A stretch of DNA of 64,000 nt from Flavisolibacter sp. (GCA_045805145.1 JBJMLU010000130.1:5392-69391), one strand, 5' to 3'. Shown: positions 29,371 through 40,129, counted from the first letter of the stretch. Notes: generated from the sequence alone by a model not told the origin. Numbers and translations: made by a program.

Positions 29371-32308
29371 CCAATGGCGCAGACAATTTCACACTGGTTC
29401 CTTCATGATTACGGACCTCTGAATATCCACCGATCTCTTTCATCCGGTTCTCCATATTCGAAAGTCCATTGCTGAAAGGACGAATATGCGCCAGGTCAAA
29501 ACCCTGTCCATCATCCCTGATCATCACCTCAAGACTTTTTCCTGTACTGATTACGATCTGCACCGAATTGGCCTGTGCATGTTTTACAACATTGTGCAGT
29601 GCTTCCTTTACTGAAAGAAAAATATTTCTGCGGAACTCACCACTCAGAAAAATATTTTCCGTCTGCTCGGGTATATTCACCTTGCAGGCAATGCCATTCT
29701 GTTCGAGGTATTCCATCGCATAAGCCCTCGTATAGGCCAGCAGATCACTGAGCGAATCATTTCTTTCATTAAGGGCCCACACAATCTCTCCCATCTTGTC
29801 GATCATCTGGTGCGAATACTCCCTGATCTTGCTGATCTCTTCTTCGATGGGTTGTTGCTGCTGCTTCTTGATGCCAATGGTCTCGCTGAGAAATTTAATG
29901 CGCGACAGTCCCGCGCCCAGGTCATCGTGCATGTCGGTTGCGATTCGTGTACGTTCTTTCTCGATGGCCTGCTTTTTTTCCAACATGATCCGCTCGCGCT
30001 CAAATTTTCTTCTGAAATAATTTTTTATCGAGATGGTGATCATGCCTACAGTCAAAAGCCCTAAAGAAAGACGGAACCACCAGGTCTCCCACCATGCAGG
30101 CAGAATGGTAAAAACATAGCTGATGGTTTGAGGCGCATACATGGCATCGGAAAATTCTGCTTTCACATGAAGCACATAAGATCCAGGCAGAAGATTGACG
30201 AAATTAAAACTGGATACATTGGAAGCGGCACTCCATCCCGTATGCGCGCCGCCTTCCAGAAAATAACTGTATCGAACAGATCGTTCATCCAGGAAAGAAG
30301 GTGCAGCTACGCTGAAAGAAAAATTATTCTCCTGAAAAGAAAAACGGTTTTTATTTTTTTCAATTGGAACATCGTTTACCCGAACCGAAGTGAGAAGCAG
30401 TGAAGGAGAAGGACTGATCACCGGTTGCGAAAATTTGATCCTGATCAGCGAGCCATCTTTGTTCAATGCCCACACCGTACTGTCTTTTAACGCAGCAATG
30501 CGAAACACAGACTGAAATATATTGTTGTTCTTGCTCGTATTCGCAATCATGTAAGCGCCCTGCTTGATGAACATGCGATCCAGCCCACTCTGCGTTCCAA
30601 CCCATACATTCCCTGCTGCATCACAGGACAGCGAATAAATGAAATTGTCGGTCAGACCATCTTTGGTTGTATACTGTTTCACAAATATGGGCTTCAACCC
30701 GTTCAGCTTGAAATGAAAGAGTCCATTGTATCTCGTGCCGATCCACAGGTCATTCTTTTTTATGGCAATGGACCGAGGATCCATCTTCGGCACGCCGGTT
30801 GAATAATGTGCAGCAAACTGTAAATAATGCACAGGAGATTCAGGATGAACGCTCAAACACAAAAGTTCATTGTTCCTGGAAGCGATCCATAACCTTCCTT
30901 CTTCATCGATGGCCATCTGATCGTTCATATAATTTACAGGATAATGCATGATGAACCTGTGGTTGTGCAGCACAGAAATAGAAAATCCAATAGCCGGCCT
31001 TCCTGTTAAGATGATGAGATTACCGTAGCGATCTACCAAACCATTTGCAAAATTAGGCAGACTGTCCTCCGCTATCACTTTCGGATGTACGTAAGCGGCA
31101 TCACTATTCTTGTCTTCAATGCAAATAATTTTTTCAACATCCGACACATAAAGCCGCTCACCATCTGGATAGATATTCATTGGTATGATAGGATAGAGAA
31201 AGGGAAATCTTTTTATTTCCTTTTTTACAACACGGAAAATTGAACGATCAAAAAAACTGAAGAACCAAGTTGTATCACCAGCCTGTCCCATGCTTGTAAA
31301 CTGCATCTGCCTGTCGCTGTTGAATCCTGCGAGCAGCCTGACGCCGGTGGTTTTTAATTTCACTGCTCCCAACCCCGGCGATACCATCCACATCGTTTCT
31401 TCCCGGTCCTCAAAAAGATCAACCACGCCTCCGCCTTGCAAACCCTGTTCGGATGTGATCAGCTCTTTTTTGAAATCGGGTGTGATCTTCTGAATGCGGT
31501 TGGCCGAATAAAACCATCCATTTCCTTCGCGGTCAAAAAAAACACCATCACAGGGATCTATTATTGCTGCATATTCCGCTGGCACTTTGACCAAATGGAT
31601 TTTTCCCTGTTGCATTGAAGCCGAATCCATGATCCACATCTTTCGCCCGGCAAGCACCCAGATCCTGTTCTTCATATCCATGGCATACATCGGAGTATTT
31701 TCATCGATCAATACATCTTTCACTTCTTTCTTATCCCTGTCATAAACAATCATTCTAACTCCCTGTGGACTGTCCCAGGGAATCATCAGAAAATAATTTT
31801 TCCATTCAAGAATATAATCCAGAAAGAGTCCGATATCCTGTCCCTTCCAGGAAAAGGGAAGCCGTGTAAATTTTTGATCCTTAAACAGGAAGAGTCCTTC
31901 ATCCGCAACAGCGTACCATTGACCGTTGGTGCTTTTTAAAAATCGGTTGATGATGGGATAATAATGATCCGCTGTCTGGTATTCACTGATCTTTCCATCC
32001 ACAAGCATATTGAGCCGTGTAGTATTTGTGGAAACAAGAATCGTGTCAGGAGAAAGTTCTGCAACATCGTTTACCACTTCATTGGCAAGTCCATCCTGCG
32101 TGCTGTAGTTGTTGAACCTTGTGCCATCGTACACGCTCAGGCCCCCATAAGTAAGAAAGTACATCCGGCCCTTGCTGTCCTGCCTGAGACCACGGACACG
32201 GCTGTTGATCAGGCCTTCACGGGGTGTGTAATAAACAAAGGGATATTGTTGTGCAAAACTGCAAACAGAAATAAAAGAACATGCAAGAAAGAAGAGACTT
32301 CTCTGCAT
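29366..32308 (-). CDS. Sensor histidine kinase with beta-propeller and Y_Y_Y periplasmic domains (HisKA_3 type)
   Basis: YTTKDGLTDNFIYSL propeller repeats, NFVNLLPGSYVLHVKA, TM after WWETWWF, H-box ERTRIATDMHDDLGAGLS, DDGQGF..NGLSNM. Confidence 0.92.
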   Translation of the reverse strand: MQRSLFFLACSFISVCSFAQQYPFVYYTPREGLINSRVRGLRQDSKGRMYFLTYGGLSVYDGTRFNNYSTQDGLANEVVNDVAELSPDTILVSTNTTRLNMLVDGKISEYQTADHYYPIINRFLKSTNGQWYAVADEGLFLFKDQKFTRLPFSWKGQDIGLFLDYILEWKNYFLMIPWDSPQGVRMIVYDRDKKEVKDVLIDENTPMYAMDMKNRIWVLAGRKMWIMDSASMQQGKIHLVKVPAEYAAIIDPCDGVFFDREGNGWFYSANRIQKITPDFKKELITSEQGLQGGGVVDLFEDREETMWMVSPGLGAVKLKTTGVRLLAGFNSDRQMQFTSMGQAGDTTWFFSFFDRSIFRVVKKEIKRFPFLYPIIPMNIYPDGERLYVSDVEKIICIEDKNSDAAYVHPKVIAEDSLPNFANGLVDRYGNLIILTGRPAIGFSISVLHNHRFIMHYPVNYMNDQMAIDEEGRLWIASRNNELLCLSVHPESPVHYLQFAAHYSTGVPKMDPRSIAIKKNDLWIGTRYNGLFHFKLNGLKPIFVKQYTTKDGLTDNFIYSLSCDAAGNVWVGTQSGLDRMFIKQGAYMIANTSKNNNIFQSVFRIAALKDSTVWALNKDGSLIRIKFSQPVISPSPSLLLTSVRVNDVPIEKNKNRFSFQENNFSFSVAAPSFLDERSVRYSYFLEGGAHTGWSAASNVSSFNFVNLLPGSYVLHVKAEFSDAMYAPQTISYVFTILPAWWETWWFRLSLGLLTVGMITISIKNYFRRKFERERIMLEKKQAIEKERTRIATDMHDDLGAGLSRIKFLSETIGIKKQQQQPIEEEISKIREYSHQMIDKMGEIVWALNERNDSLSDLLAYTRAYAMEYLEQNGIACKVNIPEQTENIFLSGEFRRNIFLSVKEALHNVVKHAQANSVQIVISTGKSLEVMIRDDGQGFDLAHIRPFSNGLSNMENRMKEIGGYSEVRNHEGTSVKLSAPLV

Positions 32309-32316
32309 GATTAAAT

Positions 32317-33684
32317 TTAATTCTTTTCATAACACACTTCATTGGGCTTTCCGTCCAGCATTTCCAGCATGAACAATTGATCTTTCCATCCAGTTCCACC
32401 ACGATTCACCTGGCCAAGGCGGTATTGTATGAACTCCGGATTTTCACCCTTCTTCAAAATGGTCAGCTGGTTTCCTTTGAGTGAATAGGTTCCATCGCCC
32501 TTAAATGCTGAAGTGCGCAATTCCACCATGGTTGGCGAAATCAGGCTGGTTGTTCCATATGCGCCGATGAATTCATAATGACCATTGGCCGCAAATATGT
32601 ACTGGCCCGACATGCTTTCGGCCTGCAGCTTCCAGGACCCTACGATTGTTTTGGCATCACCTGAAGATTCTGTTTTTTTCGGAGGCACGCTCTTTACCAC
32701 AAAGCTGTTGAAAAAACGGCTCCAGTGTTCGTACTGGTAGGTGCAGAAACAGGGCATTTCTCCTCGCTCGTGCTGGCCAATGATCACGAAAATCCTGTCA
32801 TCCGAACCAATCACCAACACCTGTCCGTTCTCATAATCGTAATAATATCCATCAGGTCTTTGCTTTTGCATGGGCGCTTCAATCATATAGTAATCCAGTC
32901 CCTGGAGCGTTTTTCCTCTCGACTGGGCATCTTTTTTTTCGCCGGTGTACCGGTACTGCCACGTGCCATAGATTTTATTAAAGACGGCACGCGCGTCATT
33001 TTCCAAACTTCCGGATGAAGCCTGAGGCGGAAGAATTGTGATCAGACATCCTGATTTCACATCCCCTGTTTGCGACATCATGATCGCCTCATTGCTTTTC
33101 TGAATCTGCCAGGTCTCCGGTACAATAAAATCATAGTCCTGCAACCAGGAACCATTGTTTGACAGAGCAGTGCCTGTTTTATTGGGAGCAGCCGTATTTC
33201 CGTCCAGGTCAAGATCGTCCAGAAATTTTTGAACTGTGGTCATGTAGTCCTGTCCTGCAACATTCACCATCACGCTGAAAGCTTTTCCAAATCCGGAGGC
33301 GGTTACCAGCATACAGGTATACGTGATGCCCATGTGATTGATGTTGGCGTATCCCGTAGTGACTTCCCAACCCTCGGGGGATTTTGCTGACTGAACCTGT
33401 GGTTGTTCCCTCGTGGCTGTAGCCTTCACCACTTTTGCATTCCACGCGGACTGAAAATCGGAGGAAGCCAGGCCTGTGCTTTGAACGCTTGGATAAATAA
33501 ATATCTGGCAAAAACTTGTTTTTCCGTTTTCTGTTTTTGAATCAAGGAAGGCAATGATGCCATTGGAGTCGATGCGTTGCCAGTTCTGTGGCGGAATAAA
33601 GCTGGCAATGTCGAACTTTTCTTTCTGTGCAAAGAGCTGTAGAAAAATAAAAGAGGCGACCAGGTGCAGGAATATTTTTTTCAT
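32317..33684 (-). CDS. Secreted hypothetical protein with two related N-terminal domains
   Basis: Signal peptide ending LFA-Q. FIPPQNWQR and FIVPETWQI repeats. Stop is 8 nt from the kinase start. Confidence 0.75.
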   Translation of the reverse strand: MKKIFLHLVASFIFLQLFAQKEKFDIASFIPPQNWQRIDSNGIIAFLDSKTENGKTSFCQIFIYPSVQSTGLASSDFQSAWNAKVVKATATREQPQVQSAKSPEGWEVTTGYANINHMGITYTCMLVTASGFGKAFSVMVNVAGQDYMTTVQKFLDDLDLDGNTAAPNKTGTALSNNGSWLQDYDFIVPETWQIQKSNEAIMMSQTGDVKSGCLITILPPQASSGSLENDARAVFNKIYGTWQYRYTGEKKDAQSRGKTLQGLDYYMIEAPMQKQRPDGYYYDYENGQVLVIGSDDRIFVIIGQHERGEMPCFCTYQYEHWSRFFNSFVVKSVPPKKTESSGDAKTIVGSWKLQAESMSGQYIFAANGHYEFIGAYGTTSLISPTMVELRTSAFKGDGTYSLKGNQLTILKKGENPEFIQYRLGQVNRGGTGWKDQLFMLEMLDGKPNEVCYEKN

Positions 33685-33690
33685 GACCGT

Positions 33691-36672
33691 TCAATTGGAA
33701 GGTTTGAAAATTTTTACTTTTTTATTGACTTGTTGTTCCGGAGGGATGTCGAAAATTTTATCTGCGAGTGAACTCAGTTGTCCTTCTGCTGTGTAACCTT
33801 TTACGATGGCCCAGGTGAAATTTTGTTTGAGCTCCGCAGGTTTGCCGATTCCCTTGAGGTCTATTTCGGCCTCCCAAAGAAATCCGCCATCCATCAAAGT
33901 GCTTCCTTCAAAGGTGAAAAACAATTGTCCTTTTGCGTTCACATCCAACCCAGGATTGACAGAGTTGCTGATCTTTGATGTTGTATAAAAACTTTCCCCT
34001 ACGCCCAGGGCTATTGTGCTTTCCCCTCCAAACTTGTGATCGATGTTCACAACAATGCCCTCACCCAGCTCCAGCCCCCAGCTTACGCAGTCGAAAGAAA
34101 TTTTTCCGACCACAAGAGGGATCTCCACGCCTACAGGAAGCGGACAATCCGGCTGTTTTAATTTCAGCTCCTCCGCTTTTGCCTGTTGAATTTCATCCAT
34201 ATTGCAAGCCTCATGCAATGTGGTCAACTGAAGTTTTTCTAAAACTTCGATCATCATCAGGGAAACTTTATAATATTCGAGCTTGTACTCCTCTTCTCCC
34301 CAGGATCCCAGTCGCACCCAATAGAGATAATCATTCAGATAATCACGATAGGCGTGTAGAATTTTTGTAAATCTTAATTCATTATTGTCCGCAAAGAGAG
34401 GCAGATAATGATTCACCACTCCGTTCTTTGCCGCGCAGATATCTTCATCCAATGTTGGATCGGAATTTCCTTCGCCCAGCTTGTCTAATCTTTCTTCAAA
34501 TGCAGCGAGCGTCATTTTCATCACGGTATCATATTCCATTTTGAGCGCGAGCTTTTGTTTTTCCAGTTCAAGCAATTCTTTCTGCAGTCGCGGCAGTGCC
34601 GATTCAAATTCCTTTTGCACGGCAATCATCATGGCCCCGGCAAAAGGCAGAAAAGGCTTGACACCCACCTTACCTTGTTGTCCTTTTATAATTACTTGTT
34701 TTGACTCTTTGTCTGCCAATGCATACTGGGCATCACGCAGTTTTTGCATTTTCTGATGCGCAGCATCGAGCATTTTCTGATAAACCTCGTGTTGGTTTTT
34801 CCGGATTTCTGTTTCTTCTGCCCTCATGCATTGTGCAGGAACCTGGAACTTGTCGAAATTGAGATAGTCGGGCTGATGATAGCGATGGCGCACATAGTCC
34901 ATGAGTTTCAGGGTCAGCTCTGGTTTCAATCTTCTGAGTCCATTATAGCCTTCGAGCGTAAAGCTGCCGCGAAGTGAATTCTCATAACATTGGATGGCTT
35001 CATTCTTTCTTCCCTGCGATTCATAAATCAATCCCAGTGTATTGTTGGCATGGTGATGATAGGGGGAAGAAGCGACTGCTTTTTTCAAATAATTTTCTGC
35101 CTGCACCTGATCGCCAAGCGCCAGCCATGACTGTCCGATGTTGTTGGTGATGGTGCTGTTGTCCGGCTCTTTTTTCAGGCAAACGATATAAAGAGGAATG
35201 GCCATGTAGTCGATGCCACAAACACTCAGGTTGGAGCCGAGGTTATTGAGCAAACAATTATCGTCCGGCCTTTGTTTGGCGGCCTTTATGGCCAGGATGA
35301 GCGACTGTCCTGGTTGGTCCATAAGCCAGTAGCCATAGGATGCCGAGTTGTTTTCGGAAGCAGTGTTATACATTTTTGTAGAGCCCAACTGAGCGGAAAT
35401 TTTCTGATCCAGTTCGTCAAGGTATTGAACCAGTTCTTCGCGGGTATTGAGTCTTCGTGCAGCCAGCTGCAGTTTTTTTGAAGAAGAAGCAGGAATGGAA
35501 AATGGAGGTGGCAAGGCCGAGGGCAAAGAGCCAGCGCCTGAGGGAACAGAAGGAAGTGCAATGGTGTGATTCTTAAAAACCGAATCCACAATATGGTTGA
35601 TATATGTTCGGTCGAGGGGTTTTACTGAAAATGGCGGTGACGGTGTTGTTTTCTTTTGATTACCCGCGATCATTGATCCATTTTTTCCGAGCATTTGTTG
35701 CAGGCTCCCAAGCAGGTTGGTGTTGCGCACAATATGGTTCAACCTATCTGTTCTGGCTTTTAGTCCCTCCAATTCCTGGCGTGTAGGAGCAGCGGCCGAA
35801 TAGGAAGAACGTCCTTGTTTTCTTTCGATCACAATTACCTGATAGCTGGTGCGCGGAAGACTGCGGTCATAAAAATTTTCGTTGATCGTCACCAGTTGTT
35901 CCGCATTGGTATCAGAAGCATCTCTGAAGCCTTCCCATTTGGCGTATCCAAATTCAGCGAAAAGAATATTCTTTTTTTTCAGATAAGCAATCTCTTTTTT
36001 TTGTGAGGCAGACAGCGAAGCAAGAAGTTGTTGGGCGGATTCGATCTGCTGTTTTTCAAAGCTACCGGGCACATTGTTTCTTTTCTCTTCGATAAAATTC
36101 TGCAGATATTCTTCCTTCGTTGCAGGACGCCAGGGTAGCGCACTTCCAGGTGCAAGTATCAGGATCATGTTGTTAAATTTCGGAAATCCATTTACTGCGA
36201 TGCCTGGTCGGGGTAATCTAAAGACGCGGTCATTGCCTGAACTGACCGGATTGGCCTGAAGTATATAGCGCACCTGATTGATCCATATCGCCAGGCTGGA
36301 TTCGTATTCTCCATTGGCCTCTGTGGCTCCTGTTTTTGTTTTGTAATGTTCGTAAAAGGGAAGCGTCAGGTACACTGCATAAGGTCCGCCCTGAACTTCG
36401 GATGGGCCCCGGTAATTTTCCCTGATACCGCCATAGGGTCCAACATCTGCGCCTATTGGTTGCGGATAGGCATTTTTGAAAACTTCAACCACAGCGTCCA
36501 TCATCTGGTTGGCTTTTTTGTTATCGGCACCGGAAATTGATCGCACGGTATGATGAGAAGTTGGATAATAGGTCCCCGGATCAAAGGAGGCGCGTTCCGG
36601 CGCACTGCTCTGCGCCCTCGTATCAGCATGCGCTTGCAAAAAGATCAATAAGAAGAAACAGGTTCTCATCGC
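33691..36672 (-). CDS. Large secreted TPR-containing hypothetical protein
   Basis: Start moved to MRTCFFLL. TPRs at LLNNLGSNL, ITNNIGQSWLALGD, ANNTLGLIYESQG, followed by a long helical region and a Cys/Gly-rich beta C-terminus. Confidence 0.8.
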   Translation of the reverse strand, partial: AMRTCFFLLIFLQAHADTRAQSSAPERASFDPGTYYPTSHHTVRSISGADNKKANQMMDAVVEVFKNAYPQPIGADVGPYGGIRENYRGPSEVQGGPYAVYLTLPFYEHYKTKTGATEANGEYESSLAIWINQVRYILQANPVSSGNDRVFRLPRPGIAVNGFPKFNNMILILAPGSALPWRPATKEEYLQNFIEEKRNNVPGSFEKQQIESAQQLLASLSASQKKEIAYLKKKNILFAEFGYAKWEGFRDASDTNAEQLVTINENFYDRSLPRTSYQVIVIERKQGRSSYSAAAPTRQELEGLKARTDRLNHIVRNTNLLGSLQQMLGKNGSMIAGNQKKTTPSPPFSVKPLDRTYINHIVDSVFKNHTIALPSVPSGAGSLPSALPPPFSIPASSSKKLQLAARRLNTREELVQYLDELDQKISAQLGSTKMYNTASENNSASYGYWLMDQPGQSLILAIKAAKQRPDDNCLLNNLGSNLSVCGIDYMAIPLYIVCLKKEPDNSTITNNIGQSWLALGDQVQAENYLKKAVASSPYHHHANNTLGLIYESQGRKNEAIQCYENSLRGSFTLEGYNGLRRLKPELTLKLMDYVRHRYHQPDYLNFDKFQVPAQCMRAEETEIRKNQHEVYQKMLDAAHQKMQKLRDAQYALADKESKQVIIKGQQGKVGVKPFLPFAGAMMIAVQKEFESALPRLQKELLELEKQKLALKMEYDTVMKMTLAAFEERLDKLGEGNSDPTLDEDICAAKNGVVNHYLPLFADNNELRFTKILHAYRDYLNDYLYWVRLGSWGEEEYKLEYYKVSLMMIEVLEKLQLTTLHEACNMDEIQQAKAEELKLKQPDCPLPVGVEIPLVVGKISFDCVSWGLELGEGIVVNIDHKFGGESTIALGVGESFYTTSKISNSVNPGLDVNAKGQLFFTFEGSTLMDGGFLWEAEIDLKGIGKPAELKQNFTWAIVKGYTAEGQLSSLADKIFDIPPEQQVNKKVKIFKPSN

Positions 36673-36766
36673 ATAGTTTATTGCACGATCAATTATTGAA
36701 TTCACCAGATCTTTTATAATGTCTTATCACAGACTACATGGATCCAGTAAAGATTTTACAAAGAGA

Positions 36767-37377
36767 TGATTTCATAGAAACCAGCTCTCCCAATTCCCAA
36801 TTCCTAATTCCTTCCGACCTCTCTCATCTCTCATCCCACATCCCACATCTTCTCTCTTCTACCAACGATCAACTGATCCCAATATCCTCCATCCCGGCTT
36901 CTTGTTCAATAGAACAAAAGTTATCGGTTGTTGTTGATACAATTTTTAATGTGAAAGTTTCCAGTGAGGCAGTGAGGTACAGGAATAGATATTTTTCAAT
37001 GAGGGTGGGAAAACATCAATGGTTATGTTTTCTTTTGTCTTCTTTTTCTTCTACCAACGTGGCCCCGAATTTCTGGATGGCCATATCAATTTCGCGGTTT
37101 GTGCAATAGCAGATCGCCTTTAGTTCTTTTACATTGATCTCAATGGACTGGTTCTTTATGAGCTGTTTGAATTGCCATAAATCCTGAGCAGAACGGAATT
37201 GAAGCGTAACCTTATTCATACCCGTTTGGTTAAATTGATAAGGTTAGGATGAAGCCAGTATAAGTTACGAAGAAATTTAGGGATTGGGTGGTGAGGTATT
37301 AGGGTATTAGGGTAATAAGGTAATAGGGTGGAATTGGGAATTGGGAATTGGGCGAGAACTAGGTTTCTATGAAATCA
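36767..37377. repeat. Inverted GGAATT(G/A)-heptamer arms (36767-36811 and about 37290-37377) bracketing a small gene
   Basis: TGATTTCATAGAAACC..CCAATTCCCAATTCC versus GGAATTGGGAATTGGG..GGTTTCTATGAAATCA. Same family as 53553-53990. Confidence 0.8.
37016..37219 (-). CDS. Small hypothetical protein
   Basis: 67 aa, MNKVTLQFRSAQDLWQFKQ..CYCTNREIDMAIQKFGATL, globular composition, AT-rich 5' region. Confidence 0.62.
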   Translation of the reverse strand: MNKVTLQFRSAQDLWQFKQLIKNQSIEINVKELKAICYCTNREIDMAIQKFGATLVEEKEDKRKHNH

Positions 37378-37486
37378 ACTGTTTGGAGAGTTGGTAGTTG
37401 ATAGAAGGTAGTTGGTAGAAGGAAAGAGAGATTAACCGTAGCACCTGTTCCGGTCTGCAGAAGGAAAAAGAGCATGGAGCTATGTT

Positions 37487-37994
37487 GGGGGATTGCTTGC
37501 GCCACCGCTATAGCTTTAGCGCACGCGGTCGCTGTGCTCGCAATGACGTTCACAGGATTCCAGGTCCTTCTTGATTCGAGTGCCTGCCTTCCGCTATGAA
37601 ATGCTAGATTTTACATGTAGGCATCGGGTAAAGCTGACTGTAGTTTAGTTTGTCATTGCGAGCGCAGGGACCCCGCACAGTGCGGGGCTAAAGCTATAGC
37701 GGTGGCGCAAGCAATCCCCCGCCGACATAGTTTTAATGCGCGGCATCGCAATGACTAAAATTTTAAAAAACGCGAAAGATCTCAGGCTGAACTTTTAAGT
37801 GAAGGAGCAAGCGGACGTAAGGGCACCACAAAAAATAAGTCAACTTAGATACCTGTGAACGTCATTGCGAGCGAAGCGAAGCAATCCCCCGCCAACCTGT
37901 AGTAAGCATCTTAACTACGAGTAATTATAATCAGCGAAAAAGGGCAATCATGTTGAACCATAGTATGGGATTGCTTCGCTTCGCTCGCAATGAC
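37487..37994. repeat. Cluster of GTCATTGCGAGC..GCAATC REP-like units in alternating orientation
   Basis: Pair 37487-37547 / 37652-37719 shares a perfect 33-bp inverted match. Pair 37861-37888 / 37967-37994 is a perfect 28-bp inverted repeat. A partial unit lies near 37745-37755. Confidence 0.88.
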
Positions 37995-38281
37995 GAACTA
38001 AACTACAGCCAGAACTACAGCTCTCAATGAGCCTTCTTGGATGTGAGGGCACGGAGGACAGATGTGAGAAGGACAGAACACAGATGAGAAGAGGACGGAT
38101 TTGAGAAGAGAGCTATCACCTATTAGATGTAAATCTGGTATCTGGTTGCACAAACCCTCTTCAATTTAAAATCTGATCCTATCGGACCAAGTTTTTTTGT
38201 CAAGCCTTTTTTATCTGTAAAAGGGTATTGCCAGGAGAATAATTATGGCAGAAGCGGTCAGCTGAAAGTCTCCTTTACTAC

Positions 38282-39973
38282 TCAAATGTCAATCGTTAGT
38301 TTCTTTCTCCTTTCATCTGTCATCTCTCCTCCCACATCTTCTCTCCGATCCTCATTCATTTCTCCTCCCGCATCTTCCTTTCCATCACCAAGAAGTTCAT
38401 GTTCAGAATGATTGAGCAGTTCTACTCCTCTTAGTTTTCGTTGAATGGCCCTGGTACGAACTCCTACTACATCTTCGAGTTGATTGAGCCCTATTTGAAT
38501 ATTGTTCTGGGCTTTTTCCAGCAAACCTCCGAACTGTCCGAATTCTTTTTTTACAGCTGCCAGAATTTGCCATACCTCGCTGCTTCTTTTTTGAATAGCA
38601 AGAGTGCGGAAACCCATTTGCAAACTATTCAAAATAACTGCCAGTGTTGTAGGACCCGTGATCACCACATGGCAATCGCGCTGGATCTCTTCGAGCAGGC
38701 TTGCCTTGCGCACCACTTCTGCAAATAATCCTTCGAAGGGAAGGAACATGATGCCAAAACTGGTGGTGTTGGGCGCATCCAGATATTTTTCACAAATGTC
38801 TTTGGCCATTTTTCTGATCACGGCTTCGAGAGATTTTTGTGCCGATTCAATGGATGCAGCGTCTGCTGATTCATAAGCATTCTGCAACAATTCGTAAGCA
38901 TCCTTGGGAAACTTAGCGTCAATCGGAAGCCATACATAATCACGATCATTTTCCTTGTTGGGAAACTTCACTGCAAATTCAACCCTTTCACTGCTTCCTT
39001 TTTTTGTGGCCACCTTCGATTCAAATTGTTCGGGAGCCAGAATATTTTCCAACAACATATGTAACTGTACTTCTCCAAATCCGCCACGCATCTTCACATT
39101 ACTCAACACTCTTTTTAATCCACCCACGTCCTGGGCCAGGGTCTGCATTTCTCCAAGTCCCTGCTGAACGGCCGTGAGTTGTTTGCTCACCATTTCAAAG
39201 GATTGTCCCAATCTTTCCTGGAGGGTCTTCTGAAGTTTTTCTTCTACGGTTTCTTTTATATTTTCCAGTTTCTTTTCTGTAGCCTCCACCAGTTTGGTCT
39301 GTTTTTCTTCAAGCTGTCCGAATTTTTCTCTTTGAAGAAGATTGAAAGAGTTTACACTTTTTTCAAAATTCTCCTGGAAACCTTTGATGGATGCTTCCAG
39401 TGTTTGTCGCGACAATTGGCTTTCTGTTCTGGTCTGGTCTTGAATCAGCAATAACCTCTCATCAATTTTAGAAGTGATCTTTGATAGTGCATCGCCAAGC
39501 ATGGCTGCATTTTCTTTTTGTTCAGATTTTAATTCGTCGAATTTATTTCTCTGTTCCAGTGAAAAATCTTTAAGATTATGGGTTACGGTCTCCCTGTTTT
39601 CTTTGTTGCTCACTTCCACTTTTGTCATCAGCGCTGTAATTTTCTCATCCAGAGTTTTATTGATCTGGTCCATAGCCGTACGATTATGTAAGGTGATCTG
39701 GTGAAGAGTTTCCGTCATTTCCTTTCTGAACTGGTAGAGCAGATCTGATAATTCTTTCCGGTTCTGAGCAGAAGAGGTCTCGTTTTCCTGGCGGTTGGTT
39801 TTGAAATCCTCGCGAAGGTTAAGGGTGAGCGTATCGAGTTTTTTAAATAGTTCATCCATCTTTTGCGAAAGGGCGAATAAATTATTATTGGGACGGGGAC
39901 GGAAAAGAATCACCAGGACCAGCACGGCAAGCACCAGTGAGGATAACACCATCAAAAGAATTTCCATAATCAA
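38282..39973 (-). CDS. rmuC: DNA recombination protein RmuC
   Basis: N-terminal TM, long coiled coil, RGGFGEVQL, VWLPIDAKFP, MFLPFEGLFAEV, GPTTLAVILNSLQMGFRTLAIQKRSSEVW. Confidence 0.93.
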   Translation of the reverse strand: MIMEILLMVLSSLVLAVLVLVILFRPRPNNNLFALSQKMDELFKKLDTLTLNLREDFKTNRQENETSSAQNRKELSDLLYQFRKEMTETLHQITLHNRTAMDQINKTLDEKITALMTKVEVSNKENRETVTHNLKDFSLEQRNKFDELKSEQKENAAMLGDALSKITSKIDERLLLIQDQTRTESQLSRQTLEASIKGFQENFEKSVNSFNLLQREKFGQLEEKQTKLVEATEKKLENIKETVEEKLQKTLQERLGQSFEMVSKQLTAVQQGLGEMQTLAQDVGGLKRVLSNVKMRGGFGEVQLHMLLENILAPEQFESKVATKKGSSERVEFAVKFPNKENDRDYVWLPIDAKFPKDAYELLQNAYESADAASIESAQKSLEAVIRKMAKDICEKYLDAPNTTSFGIMFLPFEGLFAEVVRKASLLEEIQRDCHVVITGPTTLAVILNSLQMGFRTLAIQKRSSEVWQILAAVKKEFGQFGGLLEKAQNNIQIGLNQLEDVVGVRTRAIQRKLRGVELLNHSEHELLGDGKEDAGGEMNEDRREDVGGEMTDERRKKLTIDI

Positions 39974-40129
39974 ATTTTAAGGATACAAAATAGGGAAAGG
40001 CAATTTAGCTGAACGATAAATTAGAAAATTAATTGCTGCTTTAAAAATGGATATAAAAATTCAAGCTCGTTTTGTAACGAGGTCGAGAAGATTGGTTTGC
40101 CAAACAAATTGGATGAAGACCAATGATAT

